DNA of 64,000 bases from Flavobacteriales bacterium (GTDB taxonomy: Bacteria; Bacteroidota; Bacteroidia; Flavobacteriales_D; Sanyastnellaceae). The stretch is from the NCBI GenBank assembly GCA_049610385.1, contig JBMYZL010000010.1, forward strand, positions 16,874 to 80,873. Direction: 5' to 3'. The notes beneath the pieces were generated by a model that worked only from the letters and a program-made list of their open reading frames with translations, did no database searches and had not been told where the DNA came from. Both the position numbers and the translations under genes were made by a program. Of the stretch, positions 53,772 to 63,060 are shown in pieces; position 1 is the first letter of the stretch; each line of letters opens with the position of its first letter.

Positions 53772-56700
53772 ATGTTCAAGGCGCGGAAAGCCGTATTCTG
53801 GATTGCTCTTTTGTGCACGGTGTTGCCCTTGCTTCGTGTATACTGGGTGTTCCTGCAGGAGGCCGAAGCTGGACGCTCTGCTTGGCATGGTTTGTTGCCT
53901 GAGCTGGTCTATGATGTGGAGCTCAACATGGAATTGATGGATGCCGAGGCCTCCAGCACCATGCGCACTTTTTTGCCTGTGAACTCCGAGCGCCAAACTG
54001 TTTTAGAAGAGGCTACCGTCGAAGGACCTGGCGCCGAATCCATTGAGACCTCGGATGCGGGACGGCTGGCCACTTGGTCGGGTAGGAATTTTCCGAATCC
54101 AGCGATGGAAATGTCCGTTCGCCACCGGTTTCGCATGCGGATGCAGACCTTGGTTGTGGACTTGTCAACCTTACCGGATGAAATCGGACGTGTTCGTCCC
54201 TCACATCGGGTCCATTTGGAACCCACAGATGTGGTGCAATCCGCGTCAGAAGAGATTCGGGATCGATTGATTTCTTTGGGGGCGCTTTCGGACACCCTGA
54301 CGCTTTTGAATCGATTGGATTTGGTTTTTGAAGATGTCCAGGGACTTCGGAAGGCACCGTTCAAGGGAACGACTGACGCGTTGACAGCCTTGCGCTTGGG
54401 TGAGGCATCGTGCAATGGGCGGAGCCGGTTGATGGTGGCCATGCTTCGCCACCTGGGTGTTCCTGCCCGGTTGGTCGGGGGGCTGATTCTTGAAGGTGGT
54501 ACCAAACAAACGAGTCACCAATGGTTGGAAGCCCACCTTGGGGGACATTGGGTTCCATTTGATGCGCTCAACGGCCATTTTGGAATGCTACCGGCGAATT
54601 ACTTGAAATTGTACCTCGGAGATGAGGGCCTGTTTCGGCATTCAGCAGGTCTTCCTTTCAATTACAGTTTCACCATTTCGTCGCGATTGGCCGTTCCTGT
54701 GGAAGGCCTCAATTCGCATCGACTTTGGCGCGCGTTTGACGCTGCAGGCATTCCTGTGTCATTGTTGCAGTTCCTTTTGCTGCTCCCCATTGGGGCCGTG
54801 GTTGTAGCGGTGTTGCGGAATGTGGCTGGGGCCAAAACATTCGGCTTGTTCCTCCCGGCATTGTTGGCCGTTTCCATGCGAGAAACAGGGTTTCTTCTGG
54901 GTTCCATGGCCTTTGTACTGGTGATTGGTTTGGTGGCTGCATTGCATCCTTTGCTGGAGCGTTGGCGGTTGATGTATACCCCGAAGCTGGTCATTTTGCT
55001 CGTGGCTGTTGTGGGATTGTTTTTGGGGATCAGCGCATGGGGGGTTCAAGCGGGAGAGGTAGAATTTGCCTACATCACCCTATTTCCCATTGTCATTGTT
55101 GCCATTGCTGCGGAAAGATTTGCGCGAAAATGGGAGGAGTGGGGAGCGATGGATGCGCTGTCAACCGCATTCCAAACGATGCTGGTTGTGGCTGTAGCCT
55201 ATTGGGTCATGGGGTCTCTGACCTTGGAAGCTGCGTTTTTGGCGTTTCCGGAGTTGTTTTTAGTCCTGGTGGGATGGATGTTGTTGCTGGGTCGATGGAC
55301 GGGGGTGCGTTTGTCCGAATGGCATCGATTTCGACGCGTGGAGGGAAATTTGTTGGGGATGAACGCTCGGAATGTCTTGGGGGTGTTCCGACACAATTCT
55401 GCACGTGCGATTGCTTTGGCCAATGATAAAATTGGGACCAAAAAAGCCCTTCAAGAGGCTGGGGTTCCGGTTTCACCCATGCTCGGCGTTTTCCCGACTG
55501 TTTTGAGTTTGCAAGGACTGCGTTCGGTGCTGGATCGCCCGGTGGCCTTGAAACCAGCGGCTGGACGCGGCGGTGGAGGCATTTTGTTGTTGATTCCAAC
55601 AGGACATCACACGTGGTGCAACATCCATGGGGGGGAGGTGACTTGGGAGGAGATCAATCAGCATGCCACTGAAGTGATTCATGGCCGGTTTTCATTTGGG
55701 GATGAAGACCAATTGTTGGTCGAGGAAATGTTGGAGCCCGCGCCTGAAATTCTGGAGCTTCACGGAGAGGGTGTGGCTGATTTTCGATTCATTTTTGAGC
55801 GAGGAAAATTGTTGATGGCCATGTTGCGATTGCCCACCAAGGCTTCACATGGCAAGGCCAATTTGCATGCAGGAGGTGTGGGTGTGGCGATTGATTTGGA
55901 ATCCGGAATATTGGGCAAAGTGGTGGGTCCCTCCTGGGTGGATGCCCACCATCCTGATGGTCCGTTGGTGGAAGGAAAGAAAGTCCCAGATTGGCCTGCT
56001 CTTCTCCGGGTTGCGGAGGCATCTGCAGCCATTTCTCCCTTGGGGTTTGTCGGGGTAGATTTGGTGTTGGACAAGCGATTGGGCCCTGTAGTTCTGGAAT
56101 GGAATGCACGACCAGGATTGGAAATTCAAAATGTGCATGGAAAGTCCCTCTTGTTGTCACAATTGGATCCAGAAAAAGGCGTTCCCATGCCATGGCGAAT
56201 TCTGGGTTTTACATGCGCTTTGGCGGGTTTGATTCTGTTTTCAGACCAAACCTTGTTGTCGGAATGGAACAAAACGGCTGAAGAGACTTGGGTGGTGGGA
56301 GATGTCAGACTTCAGGAAAACCAATGGCAATGGGCTGAGGATATGGAAGGTGAGTCCCGTTCAGCACCGGGATGGAATCCCGAAGATCCATTGGTGAACT
56401 TGGCCTTGGAGGCAGAAGACCGGAAATCTTGGTCTCGGGCGCTTGAAATTTGGTTTCAGTTGGCAGACTTATATCCCGAAGCAGCCGTTCCATGGAATGG
56501 AGTGGCTCGTGCCCATTTCCGGATGCAATCTTGGGAAAAAGCATTGAGGGCATATGACGAAGCGATAGCTCGTGATAGTCTGAGCCATCTGGCTTGGGTC
56601 AACAGTGGCATTGCAGCGAGTCAACTGCAACGCCACAAGTCAGCTACGGCGAGATATCGGCGTGCCCAGGCCATCGCTCCGAATCGCATGAGTGCATGGT

Positions 56701-58472
56701 TGAATGAGGGGATTGCATGGGTGAGGGCTGGGGAATTTGCTCAAGCATTGGTACCGCTGAACCATGCGGAAGAGAGAACCACAGGTGCACGTCTGGCGAG
56801 TGTGTTGGTCTACAAGGGGCAGGCATTGTCCAAATTGAATCAATTTGCCGCTGCGAGACAGGCTTTTGAGGAAGCCATTTCACTGAATCCTGACTCTGAA
56901 TTGGCGCGCTTGGGTTTGGCGTCTTTGGAGACCAAATGGGAACGGCAAATGGATTTGGTCAATCAGGTGCTGCAATTGAATCCCACGTCATCCATGGCCT
57001 TGTTTGCAAAAGGCCAATTGCTGGTTGATCAGGGTGATTTGAATGGCGGAGAGTTGCTCATGGAACGTGCATTGGATCTCAGTCCAAGAAATGAAGAGGT
57101 GGTGCGGGGGTTGGTTGGTTTTTATTTGGAGATTGGGAAAATCAAGTCTGCTTTGGCCTTGGTGCCACTGGGTGAAGCAGAGGCAGAGTGGATGAATGTC
57201 CTGGGTCCGACAGCTTGGTTCATTCAAGGCCGAATTTTGGCGAAGCAGCAGAATGATTCCGCAGCCGTCAAAGCTTATGAAAAGGCCTTGGCAGGTTCAG
57301 AAGGTGAGATGGCGGAGGCGTGGCTCAATCGCGGGGTTTCACTCCGACGGCTCAAAGAACCCCGCATGGCCATTGCCTCCTATGTCCAGGCGGTGGAACA
57401 GCGAGAATCCTACCCAGAGGCTTGGTACAACATGGCCTTGGGCTATTCCGAGTTGAACCGGATGGATTCGGCCATTTGGGCCTATCAACAATGTCTCGCG
57501 TTGGATCCGGAACGGGTGAACGCGCATTACAATTTGGGTTTATTGTTCAGCGAGTCGGGACAAACAAAAAATGCCATTGCGGCTTGGCGAAAGGCTGTTG
57601 AGTTGGATCCTGGCATGCGGAAAGCTTGGTTCAATTTGGGGGTGAACTTGCGGCGCAGCAACCAGGTTGAGGCGGCTGTGGCTGCGTATGATTCATTGCT
57701 CCTGAGATTTCCAAATGATGAAAGAGCTTGGTACAATCGTGCCATTGCCCTCCGAAATTTGGGACAAAATAAACGCGCCATTCAAAGTTATCGGATGGCC
57801 CTCGAGGCCGATCCTGACTACATCGCAGCATGGATGAATTTGGGCGGGTTGCATGCCGACCAACGGAACTGGGGTGCTGCTGCCCGTGCATACTTAGAGG
57901 CTGTTCATCGCGCTCCTGATGATGCAGAGGCCCGATTCAACCTCGGATTGCAACTGAGGCGATTGAACCGTGAGGACGAGGCGGTTTTGGCGTTTGAACA
58001 ATCGGCACAATTGGACGCCGAATATGATCGGCCTCGGCTGCAATTGTTGGAATTGTATCGAGAGCGAGGAAATGTTAAAGGGTTGTTGCGAATTCAAGAC
58101 GACCAGTTGTCCATGGATTCCTTGTTGTCATGGGGTGGGGATTCGATTTATGAGTACGGTCGCGCCCTTCACCGCGCGGATTTGCAGCGACGTGCCATCA
58201 GCCGATATGCTTTGAGTGAACAGGAGGGCAAAGCAGGAGATTGGCCGATTTATTGGACAGCCAAGGCCTGGGAAGAATTGAATCAACTGGAGGCGGCAAA
58301 CGAGACTTATGGATTGTTGTTGGAACGCAACCAATCGTTCAAATTTGGCCTCTATCGTGGAGCGATGTTGAAAAAGAAATTGGGAGATTTGACTGGGGCC
58401 AATTCACTGTGGCTGCAGTTGGAAGAATTGTACCCTTCTTTTGCAGAGGAAAAATGGAAGGACAAACCGTGA
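53772..58472 (+). CDS. 1,566-aa multidomain membrane protein: TM - transglutaminase-like core - 7TM block - RimK/alpha-L-glutamate-ligase-like ATP-grasp - TM - ~700 aa TPR array
   Basis: The ATG at 53772 (MFKARKAVFWIALLCTVLPLL) is preferred; the ORF-track start at 53580 runs antisense through the ATP-cone gene. The TGase core is LGEASCNGRSRLMVAMLRHLGVPARLV..SHQWLEAHLGGHWVPFDAL (nt ~54342-54614). Seven hydrophobic helices span 54750-55304. The ATP-grasp domain has LGMNARNVLGVFRHN, ALKPAAGRGGGGI, LVEEML and VVLEWNARPGLE (55347-56159). A further TM lies at 56193-56240. Repeated TPR-like W/A/Y..G/A...A....A...P units run to the C-terminus. Confidence 0.8.
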   Translation: MFKARKAVFWIALLCTVLPLLRVYWVFLQEAEAGRSAWHGLLPELVYDVELNMELMDAEASSTMRTFLPVNSERQTVLEEATVEGPGAESIETSDAGRLATWSGRNFPNPAMEMSVRHRFRMRMQTLVVDLSTLPDEIGRVRPSHRVHLEPTDVVQSASEEIRDRLISLGALSDTLTLLNRLDLVFEDVQGLRKAPFKGTTDALTALRLGEASCNGRSRLMVAMLRHLGVPARLVGGLILEGGTKQTSHQWLEAHLGGHWVPFDALNGHFGMLPANYLKLYLGDEGLFRHSAGLPFNYSFTISSRLAVPVEGLNSHRLWRAFDAAGIPVSLLQFLLLLPIGAVVVAVLRNVAGAKTFGLFLPALLAVSMRETGFLLGSMAFVLVIGLVAALHPLLERWRLMYTPKLVILLVAVVGLFLGISAWGVQAGEVEFAYITLFPIVIVAIAAERFARKWEEWGAMDALSTAFQTMLVVAVAYWVMGSLTLEAAFLAFPELFLVLVGWMLLLGRWTGVRLSEWHRFRRVEGNLLGMNARNVLGVFRHNSARAIALANDKIGTKKALQEAGVPVSPMLGVFPTVLSLQGLRSVLDRPVALKPAAGRGGGGILLLIPTGHHTWCNIHGGEVTWEEINQHATEVIHGRFSFGDEDQLLVEEMLEPAPEILELHGEGVADFRFIFERGKLLMAMLRLPTKASHGKANLHAGGVGVAIDLESGILGKVVGPSWVDAHHPDGPLVEGKKVPDWPALLRVAEASAAISPLGFVGVDLVLDKRLGPVVLEWNARPGLEIQNVHGKSLLLSQLDPEKGVPMPWRILGFTCALAGLILFSDQTLLSEWNKTAEETWVVGDVRLQENQWQWAEDMEGESRSAPGWNPEDPLVNLALEAEDRKSWSRALEIWFQLADLYPEAAVPWNGVARAHFRMQSWEKALRAYDEAIARDSLSHLAWVNSGIAASQLQRHKSATARYRRAQAIAPNRMSAWLNEGIAWVRAGEFAQALVPLNHAEERTTGARLASVLVYKGQALSKLNQFAAARQAFEEAISLNPDSELARLGLASLETKWERQMDLVNQVLQLNPTSSMALFAKGQLLVDQGDLNGGELLMERALDLSPRNEEVVRGLVGFYLEIGKIKSALALVPLGEAEAEWMNVLGPTAWFIQGRILAKQQNDSAAVKAYEKALAGSEGEMAEAWLNRGVSLRRLKEPRMAIASYVQAVEQRESYPEAWYNMALGYSELNRMDSAIWAYQQCLALDPERVNAHYNLGLLFSESGQTKNAIAAWRKAVELDPGMRKAWFNLGVNLRRSNQVEAAVAAYDSLLLRFPNDERAWYNRAIALRNLGQNKRAIQSYRMALEADPDYIAAWMNLGGLHADQRNWGAAARAYLEAVHRAPDDAEARFNLGLQLRRLNREDEAVLAFEQSAQLDAEYDRPRLQLLELYRERGNVKGLLRIQDDQLSMDSLLSWGGDSIYEYGRALHRADLQRRAISRYALSEQEGKAGDWPIYWTAKAWEELNQLEAANETYGLLLERNQSFKFGLYRGAMLKKKLGDLTGANSLWLQLEELYPSFAEEKWKDKP

Positions 58473-59728
58473 AATGCAATCGGATCTCGGCTGCCTTGTG
58501 CCTGCTGGCTGGGCCTTGGATGGCGCACGTGTCAGGACAATCTTGGGAGCAAGATGTGGAGTTGGGTTGGTTGAGCGGATTGGAGTGGAATGTATTTCAT
58601 TCTCCCAGCTCGTATCGAGACAATTTGGGGGTGGATATTCCTGTTGATTCCTTGATATTGGATGACAGGCTCTCCATCGGTCGCATGGAATTGGACTGGG
58701 AACGTGATGACGATCAAGGGCGATGGAAAATCAATTCAGACGTTTCTTTTTCTCGCTACAACACCCTAACTGCAGCGAACCGCAAATCTTTGGAAGGACG
58801 AATCACCCGAGAACATGCGCTCAATGACCGCATTGAGGGGGCCATTGGGATTCGACTTCGCGATGAGACGCGGCTGGGCATCAACATTTTGGGTGATGAA
58901 TTGCTGACTTCTTTCAGTTTTTTTCAGGCCCAATTGGAGGCAGATTTGAACGCACAGGTCCGATCGGATATGGAGTTGGAATTGTCTTGGGAGTTGTTCA
59001 GGAAATGGTACGATCAGCGAGCTACAGGGGAATCTTTGGATCAAACTGAATGGTCCATAGAATTGGGGTGGTCATGGGAGCCAGAACGTCGGGTGAAAGG
59101 GCTGCGTGATTTAGATCTGGTTGGGCAAAAGCGAACTGATCCACTGGGTGAATTAACAGCCGACTTTCAACACCGTCAAAAAAATTATGCGAACTGGCTC
59201 AATTTGGATATTCTGGATGAGAGTCGAGATCCTTTGTTGCCTACGCCATTTATGCCTTTTGACTCAACTTTCGCACACCCCTTGCGGACATGGACTTACA
59301 CAACGGCCACTGTTCGATATGCACTGCCTGAATGGCGTGGCTGGGAGGTACGCGTGGATTTTCGTGCGCAAAAACGTTCAGACTTGAGCCTTGGTGATTT
59401 TGGGTACCGCGATGCCAAATCGGCCATAAGAATTGGTCACGAGGGAGATGAATTGGAGTTGACCAGCTCATTGTCATACACCTGGCGGGAGTATACGGAT
59501 CGGTTGGCAGAGCAAATCACACCCACCCCTTATCCCCTTCTGAAATACAATTATTTGCGTCTGGATTTGAAGGCTGAGTACAGATTGCGGAAGGGCTTGT
59601 TGTTGCTGGGTTTGATCGACTTCACCCAGCGAAGTTCCAACACCACAGCCGTGGATCGAAGAACGCGTCGAGCTTATCAAACCGGATCCATCCTCATCGG
59701 GTTGAGCGCAGAGTTCAATTCGCCTTAG
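58454..59728 (+). CDS. Outer-membrane beta-barrel hypothetical protein, translationally coupled to the fusion gene
   Basis: The start is the ATG at 58454 (19-nt overlap) or the GTG at 58469 (GTGA overlap with the stop at 58470-58472). Signal peptide [19 protein letters not shown]. Long alternating polar/hydrophobic strands rich in R/D/E/W/Y. No family recognised. Confidence 0.6.
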   Translation: MEGQTVKCNRISAALCLLAGPWMAHVSGQSWEQDVELGWLSGLEWNVFHSPSSYRDNLGVDIPVDSLILDDRLSIGRMELDWERDDDQGRWKINSDVSFSRYNTLTAANRKSLEGRITREHALNDRIEGAIGIRLRDETRLGINILGDELLTSFSFFQAQLEADLNAQVRSDMELELSWELFRKWYDQRATGESLDQTEWSIELGWSWEPERRVKGLRDLDLVGQKRTDPLGELTADFQHRQKNYANWLNLDILDESRDPLLPTPFMPFDSTFAHPLRTWTYTTATVRYALPEWRGWEVRVDFRAQKRSDLSLGDFGYRDAKSAIRIGHEGDELELTSSLSYTWREYTDRLAEQITPTPYPLLKYNYLRLDLKAEYRLRKGLLLLGLIDFTQRSSNTTAVDRRTRRAYQTGSILIGLSAEFNSP

Positions 59729-59738
59729 TTTCGCACTC

Positions 59739-60995
59739 ATGGGAATATTGATCAGCCTCTTCGGCATGGTGGCCTTGATGGGCGCCGGCTGGTTGTTGTC
59801 GTCCAGTCGCAAATCCATTCGTTGGAGAACGGTTTTGGGCGCCTTTGCGATTCAATTCGGTTTCGGTGCCTTTGTGCTTTATGTGCCCTGGGGCAAGCGG
59901 GCATTGCAAGCGACTTCTGAGGCCGTCAACCAAGTCATTCAATATGGCCAGGATGGGATTGACTTCATGTTTGGTGCCTTGGCTTCGGATCAGATGTCCG
60001 AGATTTTTTCAGGAGGTGGATTCGTTTTCGCATTTCAAGTGTTGCCGATCATCATCTTTTTTTCTTCCCTCATCTCCGTGCTTTACTACATCGGCGTCAT
60101 GCAGTGGGTGATTCAATTGTTGGGGGGCGGTTTGCGCTGGTTGTTGGGCACTTCTCGTGCGGAGTCAATGTCCGCAACTGCGAACATTTTTGTCGGTCAG
60201 ACAGAGGCCCCGTTGGTGGTCAAGCCCTTCATCGCGGGGATGACGCAGAGTGAGTTGTTTGCCATCATGGTGGGTGGATTGGCGTCTGTCGCGGGTTCCG
60301 TTTTGGTGGGTTACGCCTCGTTGGGGGTTCCTGTTCCATATTTGATTGCGGCCTCGTTCATGGCTGCGCCAGGGGGGTTGTTGTTTGCCAAATTGATTCG
60401 CCCGGAAGTTGAGTCCCCGAGGGAGGATTTGAAACTTGCAGAGGAAGAAGAAGAGGAAGCTGCGGTGAATGTCATTGATGCGGCCGCCAAGGGGGCGGCT
60501 TCAGGAGTTCAGTTGGCCTTCAATGTCGGGGCCATGTTGTTGGCATTTGTAGGAATCATTGCCTTGATGAATGGATTGATTGGGGGTATTGGCGGGTGGT
60601 TTGGCCAAGAGAACTGGTCCTTGGAAGCAGGTCTGGGTTACCTTTTTGCTCCGGTTGCATTCCTCATTGGCGTGCCTTGGTCTGAGGCCATCATTGCGGG
60701 TTCATTTATTGGGCAGAAGTTCATCGTCAATGAATTTGTGGCCTACTTGAATTTTTCACCCTATCTCGCGGAGGATGCTGTGGTGGAGCTGTCTGAGAAG
60801 ACGAAGGCCATCATTTCCTTCGCCTTGTGTGGCTTTGCCAATTTGTCTTCCATTGCCATTTTGTTGGGTGGCATTGGTTCTTTGGCACCATCTCGACGCT
60901 CTGACATTGCGCGTTACGGCATGATGGCCGTGATCGCAGCCACATTATCGAACCTCATGTCGGCGACAATCGCTGGCTTTTTCCTGAGCCTGTGA
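59739..60995 (+). CDS. nupC: NupC/CNT-family nucleoside transporter
   Basis: A multi-TM protein with the characteristic N-terminal R.I.WRTV..G...QF.F..FVL and the central [15 protein letters not shown] motif. About 418 aa. Confidence 0.85.
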   Translation: MGILISLFGMVALMGAGWLLSSSRKSIRWRTVLGAFAIQFGFGAFVLYVPWGKRALQATSEAVNQVIQYGQDGIDFMFGALASDQMSEIFSGGGFVFAFQVLPIIIFFSSLISVLYYIGVMQWVIQLLGGGLRWLLGTSRAESMSATANIFVGQTEAPLVVKPFIAGMTQSELFAIMVGGLASVAGSVLVGYASLGVPVPYLIAASFMAAPGGLLFAKLIRPEVESPREDLKLAEEEEEEAAVNVIDAAAKGAASGVQLAFNVGAMLLAFVGIIALMNGLIGGIGGWFGQENWSLEAGLGYLFAPVAFLIGVPWSEAIIAGSFIGQKFIVNEFVAYLNFSPYLAEDAVVELSEKTKAIISFALCGFANLSSIAILLGGIGSLAPSRRSDIARYGMMAVIAATLSNLMSATIAGFFLSL

Positions 60996-62281
60996 TGACA
61001 TCGCTTTCATCATCCTTGTTGCCTGCTGAGGTCATTCGGCGTAAGCGAGATGGAGAAGTGCTTTCTGCTGAAATCCTCGGTGATTTCATCCGTGGGGTCG
61101 TCACGCAGGAAGTGAGCGACGCTCAAATCGCAGCTTTTTCCATGGCCACCTATTTCAAGGGCCTGAATCCGGAGGAGAGAACGGCCATCACCCGCGCCAT
61201 GGCGCATTCAGGAACGGTGCTGCAATGGGATTCGGAGCAACTGGGGGGGCCAGTCCTGGACAAACATTCCACGGGCGGTGTGGGTGATACGGTCTCCTTG
61301 TTGTTGGCCCCATTGCTGGCCGCTGTGGGCGGTTATGTGCCCATGATCGCTGGAAGGGGCCTGGCGCATACTGGTGGTACCATTGATAAGTTGGAGAGCA
61401 TCCCGGGCTACAACGTACAGGTGGAACTGTCCTCATTCCAGTCCATTGTCGCACGACATGGATTTTCCATTTGTGGTCAGACAGCGAATTTGGCGCCCGC
61501 CGACGCACGCATGTATGCCACGCGCGATGTAACCGCCACGGTAGAACAAAATGGACTGATTACGGCATCGATTCTGTCCAAGAAACTCGCGGCAGGTCTG
61601 CAATGTCTGACGATGGACATCAAGACAGGGTCAGGCGCCTTCATGCGCACGCGTGCTGAAGCGGAATCTTTGGCCGAAGTGATTTGCGAAGTGGGCAATG
61701 CTGCTGGGATGGACACCCAAGCTGTCATTACAGACATGTCTGAGCCGTTGGCGGAATCAGCAGGAAATGCGCTCGAGGTGAGAGAAGCAGTTGAAATCCT
61801 TCGAGGTGAGCGCAAGGATGGGGGTCTTTTGGAAGTGACCATGGATTTGGCCCAGCGAATGTGCATTCAATCGGGGCTTCCGGAAAAGAGGCTCTTACAG
61901 GCCCTGCAATCCGGAGCTGCCATGGAGTGTTTTTCCAAAGTCATCCATGAGATGGGCGGACCCGTGGACTTTTGCGACCGCTTGGATTATTATCTCCCCA
62001 TGGCGCCAATTGTTCGACCTGTGTTTGCCAAACTCGGAGCGAAGGGTGTCATTGGACAGGTAGATACTAGGGAATTGGGCATGGCTGTGGTGGATTTGGG
62101 AGGAGGAAGACGGCGAACTGGAGACACCATTGACTCTCGGGTGGGATGCGTGGACTGGGCGCGCCTGGGCGATTCAATGGACAAGCCTTTGGCGGTGATT
62201 CACGCTGCAGATGAGGCATCTTTCGGGCGTGCCGCCCAACGGATTCAAAATGCATATCAACACAAGCAAGGCGATGGTTAA
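60992..62281 (+). CDS. deoA: Thymidine (pyrimidine-nucleoside) phosphorylase
   Basis: IRRKRDG..LS..EI..F, AAFSMA, the [10 protein letters not shown] signature and [23 protein letters not shown] overlap with nupC. Confidence 0.85.
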   Translation: MMTSLSSSLLPAEVIRRKRDGEVLSAEILGDFIRGVVTQEVSDAQIAAFSMATYFKGLNPEERTAITRAMAHSGTVLQWDSEQLGGPVLDKHSTGGVGDTVSLLLAPLLAAVGGYVPMIAGRGLAHTGGTIDKLESIPGYNVQVELSSFQSIVARHGFSICGQTANLAPADARMYATRDVTATVEQNGLITASILSKKLAAGLQCLTMDIKTGSGAFMRTRAEAESLAEVICEVGNAAGMDTQAVITDMSEPLAESAGNALEVREAVEILRGERKDGGLLEVTMDLAQRMCIQSGLPEKRLLQALQSGAAMECFSKVIHEMGGPVDFCDRLDYYLPMAPIVRPVFAKLGAKGVIGQVDTRELGMAVVDLGGGRRRTGDTIDSRVGCVDWARLGDSMDKPLAVIHAADEASFGRAAQRIQNAYQHKQGDG

Positions 62282-63056
62282 GGTCAAGGTTTTTGATTCC
62301 AAAGGGTTGAAGGACAAGCCGCGGACAGCCATTGAAGTGGAGTCGTTTGAGGCTGGGGAGTTTCACCGGTTGGTTCAATCCCGGAGAAGTGTCCGGATAT
62401 ACACCTCAGATGAGATCCCAGAAGATGTGGTTCGGCGGGTGCAACATTCTGCGTTGTTGGCACCGACCTCCAGCAATTTGCAAACCACCGAAATTCACTG
62501 GGTGAGGGGGGAGAAAAAGCGCGAGGAGCTGGTTTCCGCCTGCTTGGACCAGCCTGCAGCTGCGACGTCCCGAGAGTTGTTTGTGGTTGTGGCTCGGCCG
62601 GACTTGTGGAAGCGGAACAACAACTGGATGATTTCGCACTTGGAATCAGACCCAGCCACCCCAGAGCGGGCTTTGCAATACTTCAAAAAAATCACGCGCT
62701 TGGTTTACACCCTCGGGCCATGGGGGATTTTGGGGCCAATCAAACGGGTTTGGCTGTTTTTACGCGGCCTACAGAAAGCCACACCACGTGAGCCCGTCAG
62801 CTTGGCGCAATTGGAAACTTGGGCGCAAAAAACAGCGGCTTTGGCTTCAGCGCATTTCATGTTGGGCATGCGGGCTGAAGGCTTTGACACATGTCCCATG
62901 GAGGGGATGGATTCAAAGCGGGTGAAAAAAATCCTTGGTTTGCCAACTTCCGCGTGCATCAACATGGTGATTTCAGCAGGAAAGCGTGCCGAAGGAGGTG
63001 TTTACGGACCGAGATTCAGGTTTGATTCAGCATATTTTCTGATTGATCACGATTGA
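62274..63056 (+). CDS. Nitroreductase-family protein
   Basis: The ATG at 62274 overlaps the deoA stop by 8 nt. RRSVRIYTSDEIPEDVVRRVQHSALLAPTSSNLQ matches the nitroreductase N-terminal FMN-binding motif (RRS.R.....P......I...A..APS..N.Q). Confidence 0.7.
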   Translation: MVKVKVFDSKGLKDKPRTAIEVESFEAGEFHRLVQSRRSVRIYTSDEIPEDVVRRVQHSALLAPTSSNLQTTEIHWVRGEKKREELVSACLDQPAAATSRELFVVVARPDLWKRNNNWMISHLESDPATPERALQYFKKITRLVYTLGPWGILGPIKRVWLFLRGLQKATPREPVSLAQLETWAQKTAALASAHFMLGMRAEGFDTCPMEGMDSKRVKKILGLPTSACINMVISAGKRAEGGVYGPRFRFDSAYFLIDHD

Positions 63057-63060
63057 ATCT

